NCBI RefSeq assembly: GCF_018977255.1
Contig: NW_024704742.1
Coordinates: forward strand, 135,844,001-135,908,000
DNA: 64,000 nucleotides
Reading direction: 5' to 3'
Origin: Callorhinchus milii
Taxonomy: Eukaryota
In this document: piece after piece, positions 49,193-60,747 of the stretch
How the letters are laid out: every line of letters starts with the position of its first letter
Numbering within the stretch: the stretch's first letter is position 1
The notes under the pieces: model-generated
Told to the model about the DNA's origin: nothing
The model's database searches: none
The model's input: the letters and a program-made list of their open reading frames with translations, nothing else
Program-made: the position numbers and the translations under genes

Positions 49193-50657
49193 ACAGCGTA
49201 GCGGAACTCCACAGCTCGATGCGAGGACGGTGAGGGGAAGGGGATTCTGGAAGGATGAGATCAAAAGGGCCAAAGGGCCTTATTCATCCGAATCAATCTA
49301 TGTGATGTTGATATCTGCCAGAGAAAATTTTCCGACTTGGATCTGTAAAAGCATCCGACCCACTTTGTTAAGCTTCAGGAGCGTTGAGCAGAATAGATCT
49401 CGTGGGCATTTCATAGGGGGCCACAGGTACTTGTGAATAATTCACAATTACCCGCTGGTTCCCCAGTGCCCACCAGGACCATTTGTTCCGCCTGCAGCCT
49501 TTGCAATTGATATTCACTGAAAGCAGCCTGTTCACAGGCAGCCAGAGTCAGGCAGGAAATTAACACATCCCAAACACAGACCCCAAGCCTCAACCTAATA
49601 ACAATTACCTACTAACACACACAGTCACCACACTTTCCAGTATATCCTGTGACGCAAAATTTATATTATTTGATATCATTGTGCGATGATGAAGGCGCCA
49701 TATCAAATTTGACGATAATAATAATCCTCGCATGTGATATAGCATACCATCACGCATTCGAGACGTCTCAAAGCACTTCACAGAATATAGTATAAAGTGA
49801 AATGACTATATTTTGTGGGAGAAACGCGGTAGCCAATTGCACACAGAAGTGTCGCACAAACAGTCGTGGGTCAAATTATTTTTGATTCTAATAATAATGA
49901 AAAGCTTTTGCAAAGGGAGTAAATGCTTCAGATGTGAAAAGAGCTTTACCAAATTTGATAAAGAAAATTCATATTATGTGGGGCTGGGGACTAATTGGCT
50001 AGCTCTTTCAATAGCTGGCACAAGCACGATGGGTCGAAATGCATCATTCTGTGCTGTAGGATGCTATGATTATTTGATATGCAATGAATACTGATTTTCA
50101 CTGATTAAAATCGTGAAAGGTGCAAACAGAAGAATAGAACGTGAGAGAGAATGAGAGTGAGACAGACAGACAGACAAACAGACAGATAGAGAATAGACCA
50201 GAAGCTTCACTTGAATAATGTCAATTAGACCCACTCATGGTATCAATCCGGAGATACCTTGACATGTAACGGGTATAATGGGAGTGAAGTGGGGGATCAG
50301 CTTTAGCGGGCTGATGTGAGGGACTGCAGTGTGAAGCACTGCGATAATAGATGCATTCACACTGCTTATTGCCACTCATCAGCAGCAATGCTCTATCCCC
50401 TCATTATAAAAGCAGTTAACTTGGGTTCCTTTATATTCCCTTGATTTGTGCCAAATGACCTTGAATTGATGAGCAAATCTCTGGGCTATCAGCCCTCCCC
50501 CCCACCCCCCTCCCCATTCACACTGTCCACAATCCTCCCTGTTGAAGAGAGCGGCCATTTAGAGGCAGACAATTGCTATATCAAATGCAGGAATGATCAG
50601 CTACTGTAGCTCAGCCTGCCCTGTAACTCTTGTCTATCCCTCAGGTCAGGACCTCAC

Positions 50658-50729
50658 CGTTCAGGCTGCTTCTGTCGATCAGGTTGGTGTCGGCCGGCCA
50701 GAAGCCTCCATCTCCGTGCACGCTCCGAC
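50658..50729 (-). CDS. DCC: DCC exon 22 equivalent, extracellular juxtamembrane region
   Basis: cccagcag|GTCGG...GAACG|gtgagg; 72 nt; [24 protein letters not shown] versus human [22 protein letters not shown]. Confidence 0.93.
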
Positions 50730-52131
50730 CTGCTGGGCAAAGCAACAAGTCAGGGCTTAGGGTCTGAGTGGGCAAGAAGGGTAGGGGGCAGAGATGGGAG
50801 GTAGGGGTTAGGGGACGCAAGGCAAGGGAGGAGGAGCTGAGGTAGGGGAGGGGTGAGGTAGGAAGGGGGTGAATAGGGTATTAGGGGAAGAGGAGGAGAG
50901 GGTAAGGTAGGGGAAGGGGTGATAGGAGGTGAGGGAGTGAGGACCATCAGGGCAGAACATCATCAAGAGAGAAATCAACCATAGTAGAACTGAGCTGAGC
51001 ATCACATTGAGAGTGAGAAATACCAAACTAATGGGAGGAGGTGGTGGGGGAGGAGAGGGGAGAGGAGAGACAGAGTGGAGAGAGGAGGAGGAGAGGAGGA
51101 AAAGAGAGAGGGAAGTGGGGGGGGGTGGGAGAGAGTGGGAGAGCTGGGATGGTTTGGGGAGTTTATTGTCATGGAGTGTGAGCCTTTTACGCACAAACAC
51201 CACTGATTGAGAGGTTCTGCTGCCCGACACCGCCCCCCACCCCACCATCATCATCAAACTGCAGTGATCAGCAAACACAAACACGTTCCTTCAGACAGCG
51301 AGGTGACAGATGCCACGTACTTTCAAAATTCTAATAACAATCAAATGATAATAAAATAATAATTTATAACGTTAAATTTACGACTGTAAAACTTTCAGTT
51401 TGTGTCCTTTAAACTTCTACCATCCTCCTCTCCTCAAAAGTTTCGCAGCTCAGAAATTCCGCCCAGTTGTACTTATTAACGAGAGGGGCAATTTGGTGTT
51501 AAGATTTAAGAAGGCGCAGAATTGCGGAAAATTCAAACCCACCTTAAATCAGGAACTGGTTTCTTTGTAAGAACGGCAGAAAAATGACGGCTTCCAAATA
51601 AAAACTGGATTGAAGACCCAATCCACAACTGTGCTAATTGGCTGCCGCGTTTCGCCCACAAAATATACCGTCACTTCACTTCACGGTACATTCTGTGAAG
51701 TGCTTTGAAACGTCTCAAAGATTTGATAAGGTGCTATAAATGCAAGGATTAATATTATTATTATTGTTGTTGTCACAATTCCTTGCTACCTTAAATTTTA
51801 TTGCAAGATAACATTTATAGGCTGAGACTAAATGATATTTGGGCATGAACCTTGACTCTTGGTTCCATTTATGTGGGGAGGAGGAATTTGTATACACTCT
51901 AACTCTCTAGCGAGGTCACTCTGGTGATCAGAGCTACCAAATTCCACCTCGCCTTATCCAGCAAGATTGCTTGGACTTAAGATTTAAGGTGACGCAAAAG
52001 TGTGGCATGTTCTTCAGCTCTGTGCCTGGTCTGCACATCACAAGCTGTCCTGTAAAGGTCCTCCACCAACCAGATACCCATTGAATAGCTGATGAGGAAA
52101 CTCTGAGGCTTGGGACAACAGCTAATGTTTT

Positions 52132-52352
52132 AGCTGGTTAAACTCTGAGGTCCCCCAAACCTTGGCTCTTGTCAGCCTGCGCCTAATTCTCGCTGGAATT
52201 AAGTAAGCAGGGTGCGTCCCTCAGGGGAGAGAGTGCCATTCAATTCATGGGGATTCTTCCATGCAAAGGTGGAACTCTGAGTCGTTTGGTTTTGATGAAT
52301 CTTAAGGACAGTGATGGGTTCCTGCGTGTGTCAGGCATCCACCCGGCTGACC
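52132..52352 (+). repeat. Unclassified structured interspersed repeat
   Basis: Same two termini as copy 1. Further copies at 18110-18242(-), 29568-29614(-) and 53174-53425(+). Confidence 0.8.
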
Positions 52353-52686
52353 AAAAATAACATCTCCACTTTACTTTGGATTTGGAAGCCTTTTTTCCCC
52401 GCAATTCTTACAAAGAAGCTTGCATCTAAATTAAGCCCAGATTGGCAAATGTTCTGCACCGTCTGAACATTTTAAGGTCAATTGATGACAGCACAGCCCA
52501 GCCTGACTTATCGGCAGGACTTGGAAGGGCAGACCAGTCCCTGTGGGCAGAGAATCCTCCAACTCAGCTCCTGTTAACCCAGCAAACCAAAGCCCTAATG
52601 GGTAAGAGGGTCCTAGCATCTTAACAAGCAGAAGGAAAGCTTGCCAGTCAGCGATATCCATGGCAAGCAATGCAGGTTTAGACTCC

Positions 52687-53172
52687 AACAACAACAACAA
52701 CAAGATTTCATTTATAGAGCGCCTTTCACGTAGGGAGGAGGTCCCAAGGCACTGGACAGTTGGGTCGGGACCCGACCAGGGGGGAAATGGTCAGGGTGAG
52801 GGGAGGAAAGGGAGGGAGCGAGGAGGGGGGAAATGGTCAGGGTGAGGGGAGGGAAGGGAGGGAGCGAGGAGGGGGTAGGGAGTCGAGTGGGGAGCTGAAG
52901 GCACGGTCAAAGAGAAAGGTCTTGAGACCGGCCTTGAAGGAGAAAAGGGAGGAGGCGGCGAAGGCACTGGGGGATGGAGTTCCAGAGCCTAGGGCCTGAG
53001 AGGCTGAAGGCCCGGCCACCGATGGTAGGGCGGTTGGGGCGGGGGATGTGGAGCAGACCGGAGCCAGAGGAACAGAGGGTATGGGCAGGTAAGTAGGGGG
53101 ATAGTAGATCGGAGAGGTAGGAGGGAGCGAGGCCGTGAATGGCCTTGTAGGTGAGGATGAGGATCTTGAATT
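52687..53172 (-). mobile_element. L2 LINE 3' end
   Basis: FKILILTYKAIHGLAPSYLSDLL...LWNSIP; caacaacaac tail at 52687. Confidence 0.9.
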
Positions 53173-53719
53173 CGACAGTTACCCCAACACACACCCTGGG
53201 GTCCCCAAGCTTTGGCTCTCGCCAACCTGCATTTAAAACTCTCTGGAATTAGGTAAGCAGTCTGTGTCCCTCCAGGGAGAGAGAGAGAGAGAGAGAGAGC
53301 ATTCCATTCCAACAATCTATCTCTGGGATTTCCATGTGTAGGTGGGATGTATTAAATTCTCAATTTGGTGTGGATACTCTTAAGCAACGGTGATGGGTTT
53401 CCACGTGTGCCTAACACTCAGTTGACTCCCCCCCTCACCCCCAACCGTCAAGACAAGTTGGCACGTCAGGCCTCAGAAGCAGGTTTTCCTTCTCCTTAAT
53501 CCTGGAGTACAATTGCACTCCCAAGTGTCATCGCCACACTCAGTGAGGGCTGGGATTCGAACCTGTGACCTTCCCCGCTATGTGATCCAGTGCTGCCTTT
53601 ACCCGTCATGTGTGTGGGATTGGGATGGAGGGGGAAAAGCTCTGGCTTCAAGTGTTGAGTGCACCTTGAACACGCTCTTCAAGTAACATGCACTCTGCAG
53701 CGATTTGTGGCTCATACTA

Positions 53720-54040
53720 CAGGAGAAAGGGGAGAGGAGATGGGGAGAGGGGCAGCAAGCAAGTGCAGAGGAGTAAGGATGGATGGGAGTGGGGAGGGGG
53801 AGAGGGAGAGAAGAGTGAGGGGAGAGAGAGGGAAATGGGAGAGATGCAAAGCAGAGGGCAAATGGGTAAGGGGAGAAGTTTGAAAGGGATGAGGGGAGAA
53901 GAGATAGGGGAGAGAGGAGTGAGGAGGTTGGGTAAGAGGAGAGGGGCAGGCTTGAGGGAAGAAGAGGGAAAGGGATGAGGGAGAGAGAAAAGGAGTGAGG
54001 GAAATTGTGCAAGAAGTGAGGGGGAAAATGAAAAGAAAAA
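53720..54040. repeat. Purine-rich (GA) low-complexity tract
   Basis: Composition; similar tracts at 50790-51150, 38950-39070 and 60260-60390. Confidence 0.85.
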
Positions 54041-54479
54041 TGGGGTTCAACATAGAATTATAGAACAGAAAAAATATTTTAGGAAAAATAAAGAAACATC
54101 TGATTCGGAAACTATGTACAAAGAGCTGACTGGATGCAACAAGGTACAGAAATGGTCGACAAAGGTTCTGAGTTTAGTGTCTCAAACTCCGTTCAGTGTT
54201 TCCCATTGCAATTCTGCTATTTAACGGCATTATATTATCTTTTCTTTTTTCTTTTGAAAATAAATTCAGGTGTGTAAATTCAGCATTCATGAGCCAGGGA
54301 GCGAACATCACTGAATCTCCACACCTCCCTCTGTGCCAGGCTTTATTCTGTGCTTGCCAATTGGAACACTTATTCAGACACAATTTCTCAAAGCCTCTCT
54401 GTCTCTCTTTCTCTCCTCCCTTCCCTCTCGCTCCCATTTGAGCTCCGCGCACACTCACTTACACACTCGCTCAAAAACG

Positions 54480-54825
54480 CATACGCGCACGCACTGAAAC
54501 ATGTCAACACGCAGCAGAAAGGCATACAGACACAGAAATATGCACAAACTAGGAATCACACATGCACCACGGACACAAACCCAGAAAATCACGCTCGCTC
54601 AGACAAACATGTACACACAGAAACGTGTGCACACAGAAACACCCATCCACACATACATAAACATATACACACACACACTCAAAAACACAGACAAACAGAA
54701 ATAAGCACATAGAAACATGCATGCACGGAAACATGCGCACATATTAACACATGCAAACATATTAATACACAGACACATATTAACACGTGCAGATAGAAAC
54801 TCACAAATGCAGACGTACACACAAT
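54480..54825. repeat. Degenerate CA-rich low-complexity tract
   Basis: Composition. Confidence 0.85.
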
Positions 54826-55107
54826 GTAAGACTAAGAAGCACGACAGCTGTGAAAATCAGACATACCAGAGTGAGAGGGCTAGTGTCACTCAGGAGACCT
54901 GACTCTGATCATTAACCACAAGACTTTCCTCGGCTGGAGTGAATATTTACCCGGGGGTAGGGATGTGGGTGGGGGTGGAGGGTGGGGCAGTGAAGAGTGC
55001 AGCGTCTCCTTCAGGTAAACAACTGAATAAACACTGGCACTGGACACAGTTAACCATTACACATTTCTGATTGAGTCAGTAGGTTGACAGGTTGGGGCCT
55101 ACCGTAC

Positions 55108-55140
55108 CTTGGTCATTAGCCATTTTATCAGGGTGTTCAA
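55108..55140 (-). CDS. DCC: DCC exon 21 equivalent, 33-nt micro-exon
   Basis: ttgcag|TTGAACACCCTGATAAAATGGCTAATGACCAAG|gtacgg; VEHPDKMANDQ, identical to the DCC peptide as I recall it. Confidence 0.94.
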
Positions 55141-57524
55141 CTGCAAGAGAAGACAATATCATTAGACCTCATGAGCTTGAGGGATGTGGACATGGGATGG
55201 GAGGGGCATGTGCTGCAGACATTACTAGCATGGGGCGAGGAGGGGCGGGCGTGTGGGAAAGGGAGCAAACAGAAGATCGCTGCATTTCTCAAGCCAACCG
55301 ACATCTGACTGGAAGAGGGGAGGATAAGGGAGGGGAGGAGGACAGCCATTTTCACGTCAGCATCCCATCTCTCTCCCCCACAGACCCGGGAAGAGACACA
55401 CAAAATATTCATCACTCGGCGCTTCAACTCTCTGTGGCCATTTTGTGCACAGCAATGCTCCACAAACAGCTATGACGTGAATGGCCAATTGGCCAGGACA
55501 CAGGGAGAAACTCCTTTTTCTTTGCCAACGGCATCGCAGGAACTTTAGGCAGATAACACCTGGTTTAACATTTTATCTGATGCAGTGCTCCCCCAAGATT
55601 ACACTGGGGCATCAGGCTATGAGATCAAAGTTCAGTAACTGGTTGAAACCTTGCACTGAAACATATAGGGGCAGAATTTGTGGTATCACTTAGCTCTTTC
55701 CCGGTCTTAATTAGCACAAGGAATGTCTTAAGAGATACAGCAACATTTTAGGGTATGGGGTAAAAGCGGTAAATGGGACTGAAAGGATTGCTCTTTTAAA
55801 GAGCACAGACTTGATGGGCTGATTGGCCTTTTTCTGTGCTGAAAATTTCTATGGTGACACGGTGATTGGGAGCCACAAAATCCCAACCCCACCAAAACAA
55901 GGGGTGATAGATAGGTCATGGGTTCAAGCTCCCACATCAGGGGACTTTGAGCTCACAAGTCTAGGCTGACGCTCCAGTGCAACAACAACCACAACAAAAT
56001 TACATTTGTAAGGCACCTTTCATGTCGGGAGGATGTCCCAAGGCGCTGAGAAATGCTTTACAAATATAATTTGGATGTTGAAAGACTGCAAAGAGAAGGC
56101 ACTTTCTCCCAGTGTCCCGGCCCCCGTTGAATTGATTGCTGACTTCATGGCTGGGAGTTTGCTGTGTGGCAATCGACTGCTGTGCTTTACAAGCGCTCAG
56201 GAATGACAGTTTTGTCAGCAGTTTCTCGTAAAATGGGTTGAGATATTTTGGCATTTACAGGCGCTGCTTCAAACAGAATTATTCTTATTGCAATTACAAT
56301 TCTCTGTATTATTCTTATTACAGAGGAGCCTTATTATAACAAGGCAATTGGGATCCATAAGATCCCATCCCCACCAAAGCGGTGTAATAGCCAGTTTTGC
56401 TGGTCTTCCAGGTCATCAGATCTCCACCAACATCACTGCCTGTGAGCTACCTAAGAGCAAAGCAGGAAATGACATTGGAATTGATCTGATGACCCCCAAA
56501 ACCGGATATTTTAAGGAAGCCAAAAATGGCCGACGTCCGGTTCATCAGGTCTCCACCGATATCACTTCCTGCGTGTAGCACTAGAAGTGGCATGGGCGAT
56601 GACACAATGACCCACAAGTTGGACATTTTAGCACCGCAGCAGTATCACGTGGGGCTGATCTAAATGAGGAATGCTGCATATTCAAGCTCAATCATTCATT
56701 TTAATGACAATGCGGAAAAATAAACAGCTCCGTAAGTCAATCTCCCAAGTCAATTCTAAGGCGTTCTAATCTGCATGATCGCTCCTTGTTACCTGACTCC
56801 TGCAGTTGCACAAAATCATTTTAGAATTATTAACATTATCATTTCCATTATTCTTCCTGTAGCTAAATTTACAGCCTACTCGGCAACTGACTCTGCACTC
56901 CACGAGAAAGACGCGTTTTCACTATTGTGATTTTTAGGGAGAAAATAGAGGTGGCAGAGGTGGGGGTGGGGGTTAAGTATGTGTGTGGAGGGGGGGAGAG
57001 CTGGGAACAGGAGGTGCTGGAATAATAGGGAACTGTCTGTAGAGATTGTTATAAACCGTGTCTGCACATCATTAACATTGCTTTAAGTACAACTTATACA
57101 GTACAATACAATTTACATTTCCTATCTCGTCGGAAGGATGGCTTAAAGTGCTTAATATAGCTGGCTGGTCCCGAGCTGGGGTTGGAGGGATGGTGAAAGA
57201 TGACTGAAAGCACGGTCAAAGAGGTAAGTCATACGTTGGGTATTATGAAACTGTAACACAAGTGGGAAGGGGGATGTGGAGCAGGCGACAAGTCAGATGG
57301 ACTGTGGTGATGGAGTCCAATTGTCCTGTGAAGCTGTTTAAATGTGTGTTCCCGGTCAATGCCAAATGCCTTGTGACACACTGGCCGGGGTGGGGGGGGA
57401 TTAAGTACGACTGCGGAGAGCAGTCAAGGCAATGAGCAAACAACAAAGACTACACGAGGGGAAGGACGGTCACTGGGCGACAGCAGCCTCTTTGAGTATA
57501 ATGTTTCTTGCTGAAACCCCCAAC

Positions 57525-57719
57525 CTTTAGGTGTTCTGAACAGGACGGGGTCTGACAGGGGTCCCAGGCCCTTGGCGTTGCGACCCTGGATTCGGAAGTA
57601 GTAGAGCGCGTCCAGGTTGAGGTCCAGGATCTGGTGGGTCAGCCTGTCCCCACTGACCGGCTCCATCACCCAGTCATCAATTGGTGCGTTCTTCTCAGTC
57701 GTGTAGAACATGGAGTAAC
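57525..57719 (-). CDS. DCC: DCC exon 20 equivalent, FN3-6
   Basis: cctcag|GTTAC...TAAAG|gttggg; 195 nt; [65 protein letters not shown]. Confidence 0.96.
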
Positions 57720-58367
57720 CTGAGGGGAGGAGGACACGGACAAGGACGATCACCAGTTAGAGGATGAACTGTGAGCAACGATTAGACACTTTAGGGATTT
57801 TCAAGAAACGGGTATCTCAGAGATAGGGTGGTCTCCAACTGCCTTTTTTACCCATTTTTTAACAAAAAGAAATGATGTGCCTTTTTGAATGGTGAATCGC
57901 TTTCTGGGGGTAATAATCCCTCCAAAGAAATGTAGTCACTCAATCCGCGACCGTTTGTGGGATACTGCGGTTGCTATATTTTGCTAACAAAATATAAAGG
58001 CAACCCACTTATTAATATATTCTGTGAAGCGCTTTGAGACGTCTCAACGAGATGATAAGGCACTATATCAAATGCAAGGATTATTATTATTATTACAACC
58101 CACAGCACTCTGCTCCTTAAAGTCCCAGCATCCCAGGATTCAACCACTCTTCCTCTTAAACCCCATTCCAGTCATTCATAACCTCTTCCTGGTGCCTGGC
58201 TTGAAATTGCCCTTCACACACCCTTGAACTGTGTGGAGTCAGAAACTTGCCTAAGGTTTCGCACCGCCCGGGAATTGAATCCCGGACCTCTCGCTTGTCA
58301 GGCGAGCGCTCTAACCACTATGCTACAGGACTCCACAACCTAAGAGTTAGAAGGGTAAGGAACTCAC

Positions 58368-58475
58368 CGATAATCTTTCCGTTGGCCTCTATTGGTGGCT
58401 GCCAGCTGATGATGACAGCTCGAGGCTTACCCTCTCTGCTGATGATCGTCAGATCCTTTGGGGCCGAGGTGGGTG
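58368..58475 (-). CDS. DCC: DCC exon 19 equivalent, start of FN3-6
   Basis: caccag|CACCC...TATCG|gtgagt; 108 nt; [36 protein letters not shown]. Confidence 0.96.
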
Positions 58476-59072
58476 CTGGTGCCGCAAGTAGGAGGCAGAA
58501 GATAGGGAGGAGAGTGAGCGTTAGGAGGAGAGACAGTGCCAATGTGGAGCATTGCAGAGGCTTCTAACACAGGCACCAACCACACACGCGCGCGTGCGCG
58601 TACATTTCAACCCCAGGTACAAACTCTGTCTCGTTGTATCACATCTCAGCCGAGGCCTGTCAACAGCTGCCTGTCAACAGTTATAGGTGCCAATAGGTGC
58701 CTGTCAATGGGCGTTTGCTGGAGTTTAAGCAGCTAAAACTACATAGCTTGATATTGACATTGTCTGCAAACTTTCCCGGTGCTTGTCCATCTAGGACCAC
58801 CCTTATCCGTTAGGAATATGGCTTCCAGGTTAATGGGAGTTGAGTGGGATAACTCCCTGCCCCCAGTGGTCTGCCCTTCCAGATCCTGCCGATGTGCCAG
58901 GCTGGCCGTGCTGTCATCAGCATTACCCTGGAGTAATATAGTCTGGTTCAGGAACCGGACTACATACCGTCACAATGGGTTGACTCCATTGCGATATTCT
59001 ATTGACAGTTCATCACCTTGGAACTAGTTGAACCGCAAACAGGCGCCGCTGACAAGCAATGAAAGGACTCAC

Positions 59073-59211
59073 CGGCTTCAAACGTTTTAGAATGAGCCGT
59101 CATGCTCCACGTGCTGGACCTCCGACCTTTGGTTACCATGACGGAGAACTCATACATGGTGTTGGGTTTGAGGCCGGTGACGGTATGGCTCAGGGCTGTG
59201 GTATCTGCAGA
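59073..59211 (-). CDS. DCC: DCC exon 18 equivalent, FN3-5
   Basis: ctccag|TCTGC...AGCCG|gtgagt; 139 nt; [46 protein letters not shown] (read manually, absent from the ORF track). Confidence 0.96.
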
Positions 59212-59361
59212 CTGGAGGGCAACCAGAGAAACAGAGAGAGAGAGAGAGAAAGAGAGAGAGACAGGAGATCAGGTCAGGACAACCACAACAACAGTTACGT
59301 AGCGCCCTTCAACCAGGGTAGCGTCTGAGAGGTCGGTGAGGAGACTTGAGGTCGAAGTTAC

Positions 59362-59603
59362 CTTGAACTTGGTGTTGGCAGAGTAGCTGGTCCTCCATCG
59401 CACGGTGTAAAAACGCACCTCAGACACCAACCGCTGGTTCTTGGGGGCCGAGTTGTCTGCCCAGCTGACACGGACAGAGTCGTGGCTGACCGACATGGCC
59501 TGGACACCTACAGGTGGTAGCATGGGGGTGGAGGTCTCTGGGACTGAGGTTGGGAGGTCACCAAACAAATGGAACAAATCAACATCTAAAGGGTCAACAG
59601 GGT
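59362..59603 (-). CDS. DCC: DCC exon 17 equivalent: FN4-FN5 linker plus start of FN3-5 (long form; internal alternative acceptor at 59537)
   Basis: ctcccag|ACCCT...TCAAG|gtaact; 242 nt; [81 protein letters not shown]. Confidence 0.96.
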
Positions 59604-60747
59604 CTGGGAGGCGAGACCAAAAGTCATGCATCGAATCGAGGAATGGGGAATGGGGAACAGGGGTGTGGGTGCATAGGTGGGGGGGGAGGAGGAATGTGGG
59701 GGTTTGGGGACAGAGAAACAGCGGCAATAATTGCAAACGTGGTCAGAATGTAAACAATGACGTGAAATGGTGTGAGAAGATCACGGAGGAGGGAGGGGGA
59801 AAAAAAGTGCAGATTAATTGAGTCAGGAAAAGACCGTTTGACATCGGGATAATCCCCTCTCGGAGCGGTCTTCCCATAGGGAGTAAACAGGACCGATCTG
59901 AGTAACGAGCATTGGGATAGAGCAAAACAGGATAAGGCCTCTGGGGGCCATTAGATCAAAGTTACTCTATGTCTCACACCTCAGTCCATTTCTTTGTGAT
60001 AACTATCTGATTCTCTCTTGAATTTACTGACACCATTGCCTGTTAGAGTTGTCTGTCCCACACACTCACTGCGTTCTGTAGATCTCTCCTGAGCTTGGAC
60101 TCATGTTCCCTATTGTGTGGAGCTTTTCACCAAATTAACCATATAATCAGTTTATTGCTACACTTCAGTGTCTCTATCGTTTCAACAGGATCTCTCAACT
60201 CAGATTCCCTTCACCGGTGTTAACATTGCCAAGCTCTGTAGCCTCTCCTCATATCGGGGCGGATGGGATGGAGGGAGGGGGCTGGGGAAGGAGGGAGTGT
60301 GGGGAAGGAGGGAGGGAGGTAAGGAGAGAGGCAAAGGAGGAAGAGAGATCAGGAGAAAGGGAAGGAAAGTATGAGAGAGCGAGGGACGGAGGTGTCAGGT
60401 CCGCCATTAACCGGTGTAATGTGACATTGTAAATATGAGTACTGTCCATACTGTTACACAAGCAGAATGTGGATAGGCACATTGGGGGGTGTGGGGGGAG
60501 GCAGCGGACACTAATGATCGGGGGAGAGTGGGGGTGGGGAGAGAGAGAGAGAAGTAAAAACAGGGGGAAATTTAACCAAACAGAAATAAGATACATTGAA
60601 GTGGGACGATTTTGTCACGTTTCTTAACAGATTTCTTGTTAATTAAATAATGAGTTATGTCATCCTCTGTGCTACCTGGGCAGTCTCATGTGGCAAGTGA
60701 GCCGACCAGCAAGCAGGACTCCATGTGTGGACAGAGCACAGCACTCA

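Noticed and set aside
52088..52110. CTGATGAGGAAAC resembling a hammerhead core (also CTGATGA at ~28317 and ~56486)
   Set aside because: No stem II followed by GAAA and no stem I/III complementarity.
53194..53216. GGGTCCCCAAGC in the unclassified repeat resembles the twister ribozyme L4 motif
   Set aside because: I could not build the P1, P2 or pseudoknot pairings by eye. A cmsearch with twister models would settle it.
56424..56444. AGGCAGUG on the hairpin 3' arm resembles the miR-34/449 seed
   Set aside because: Those miRNAs come from 5' arms and the rest of the sequence does not match; probably coincidence.
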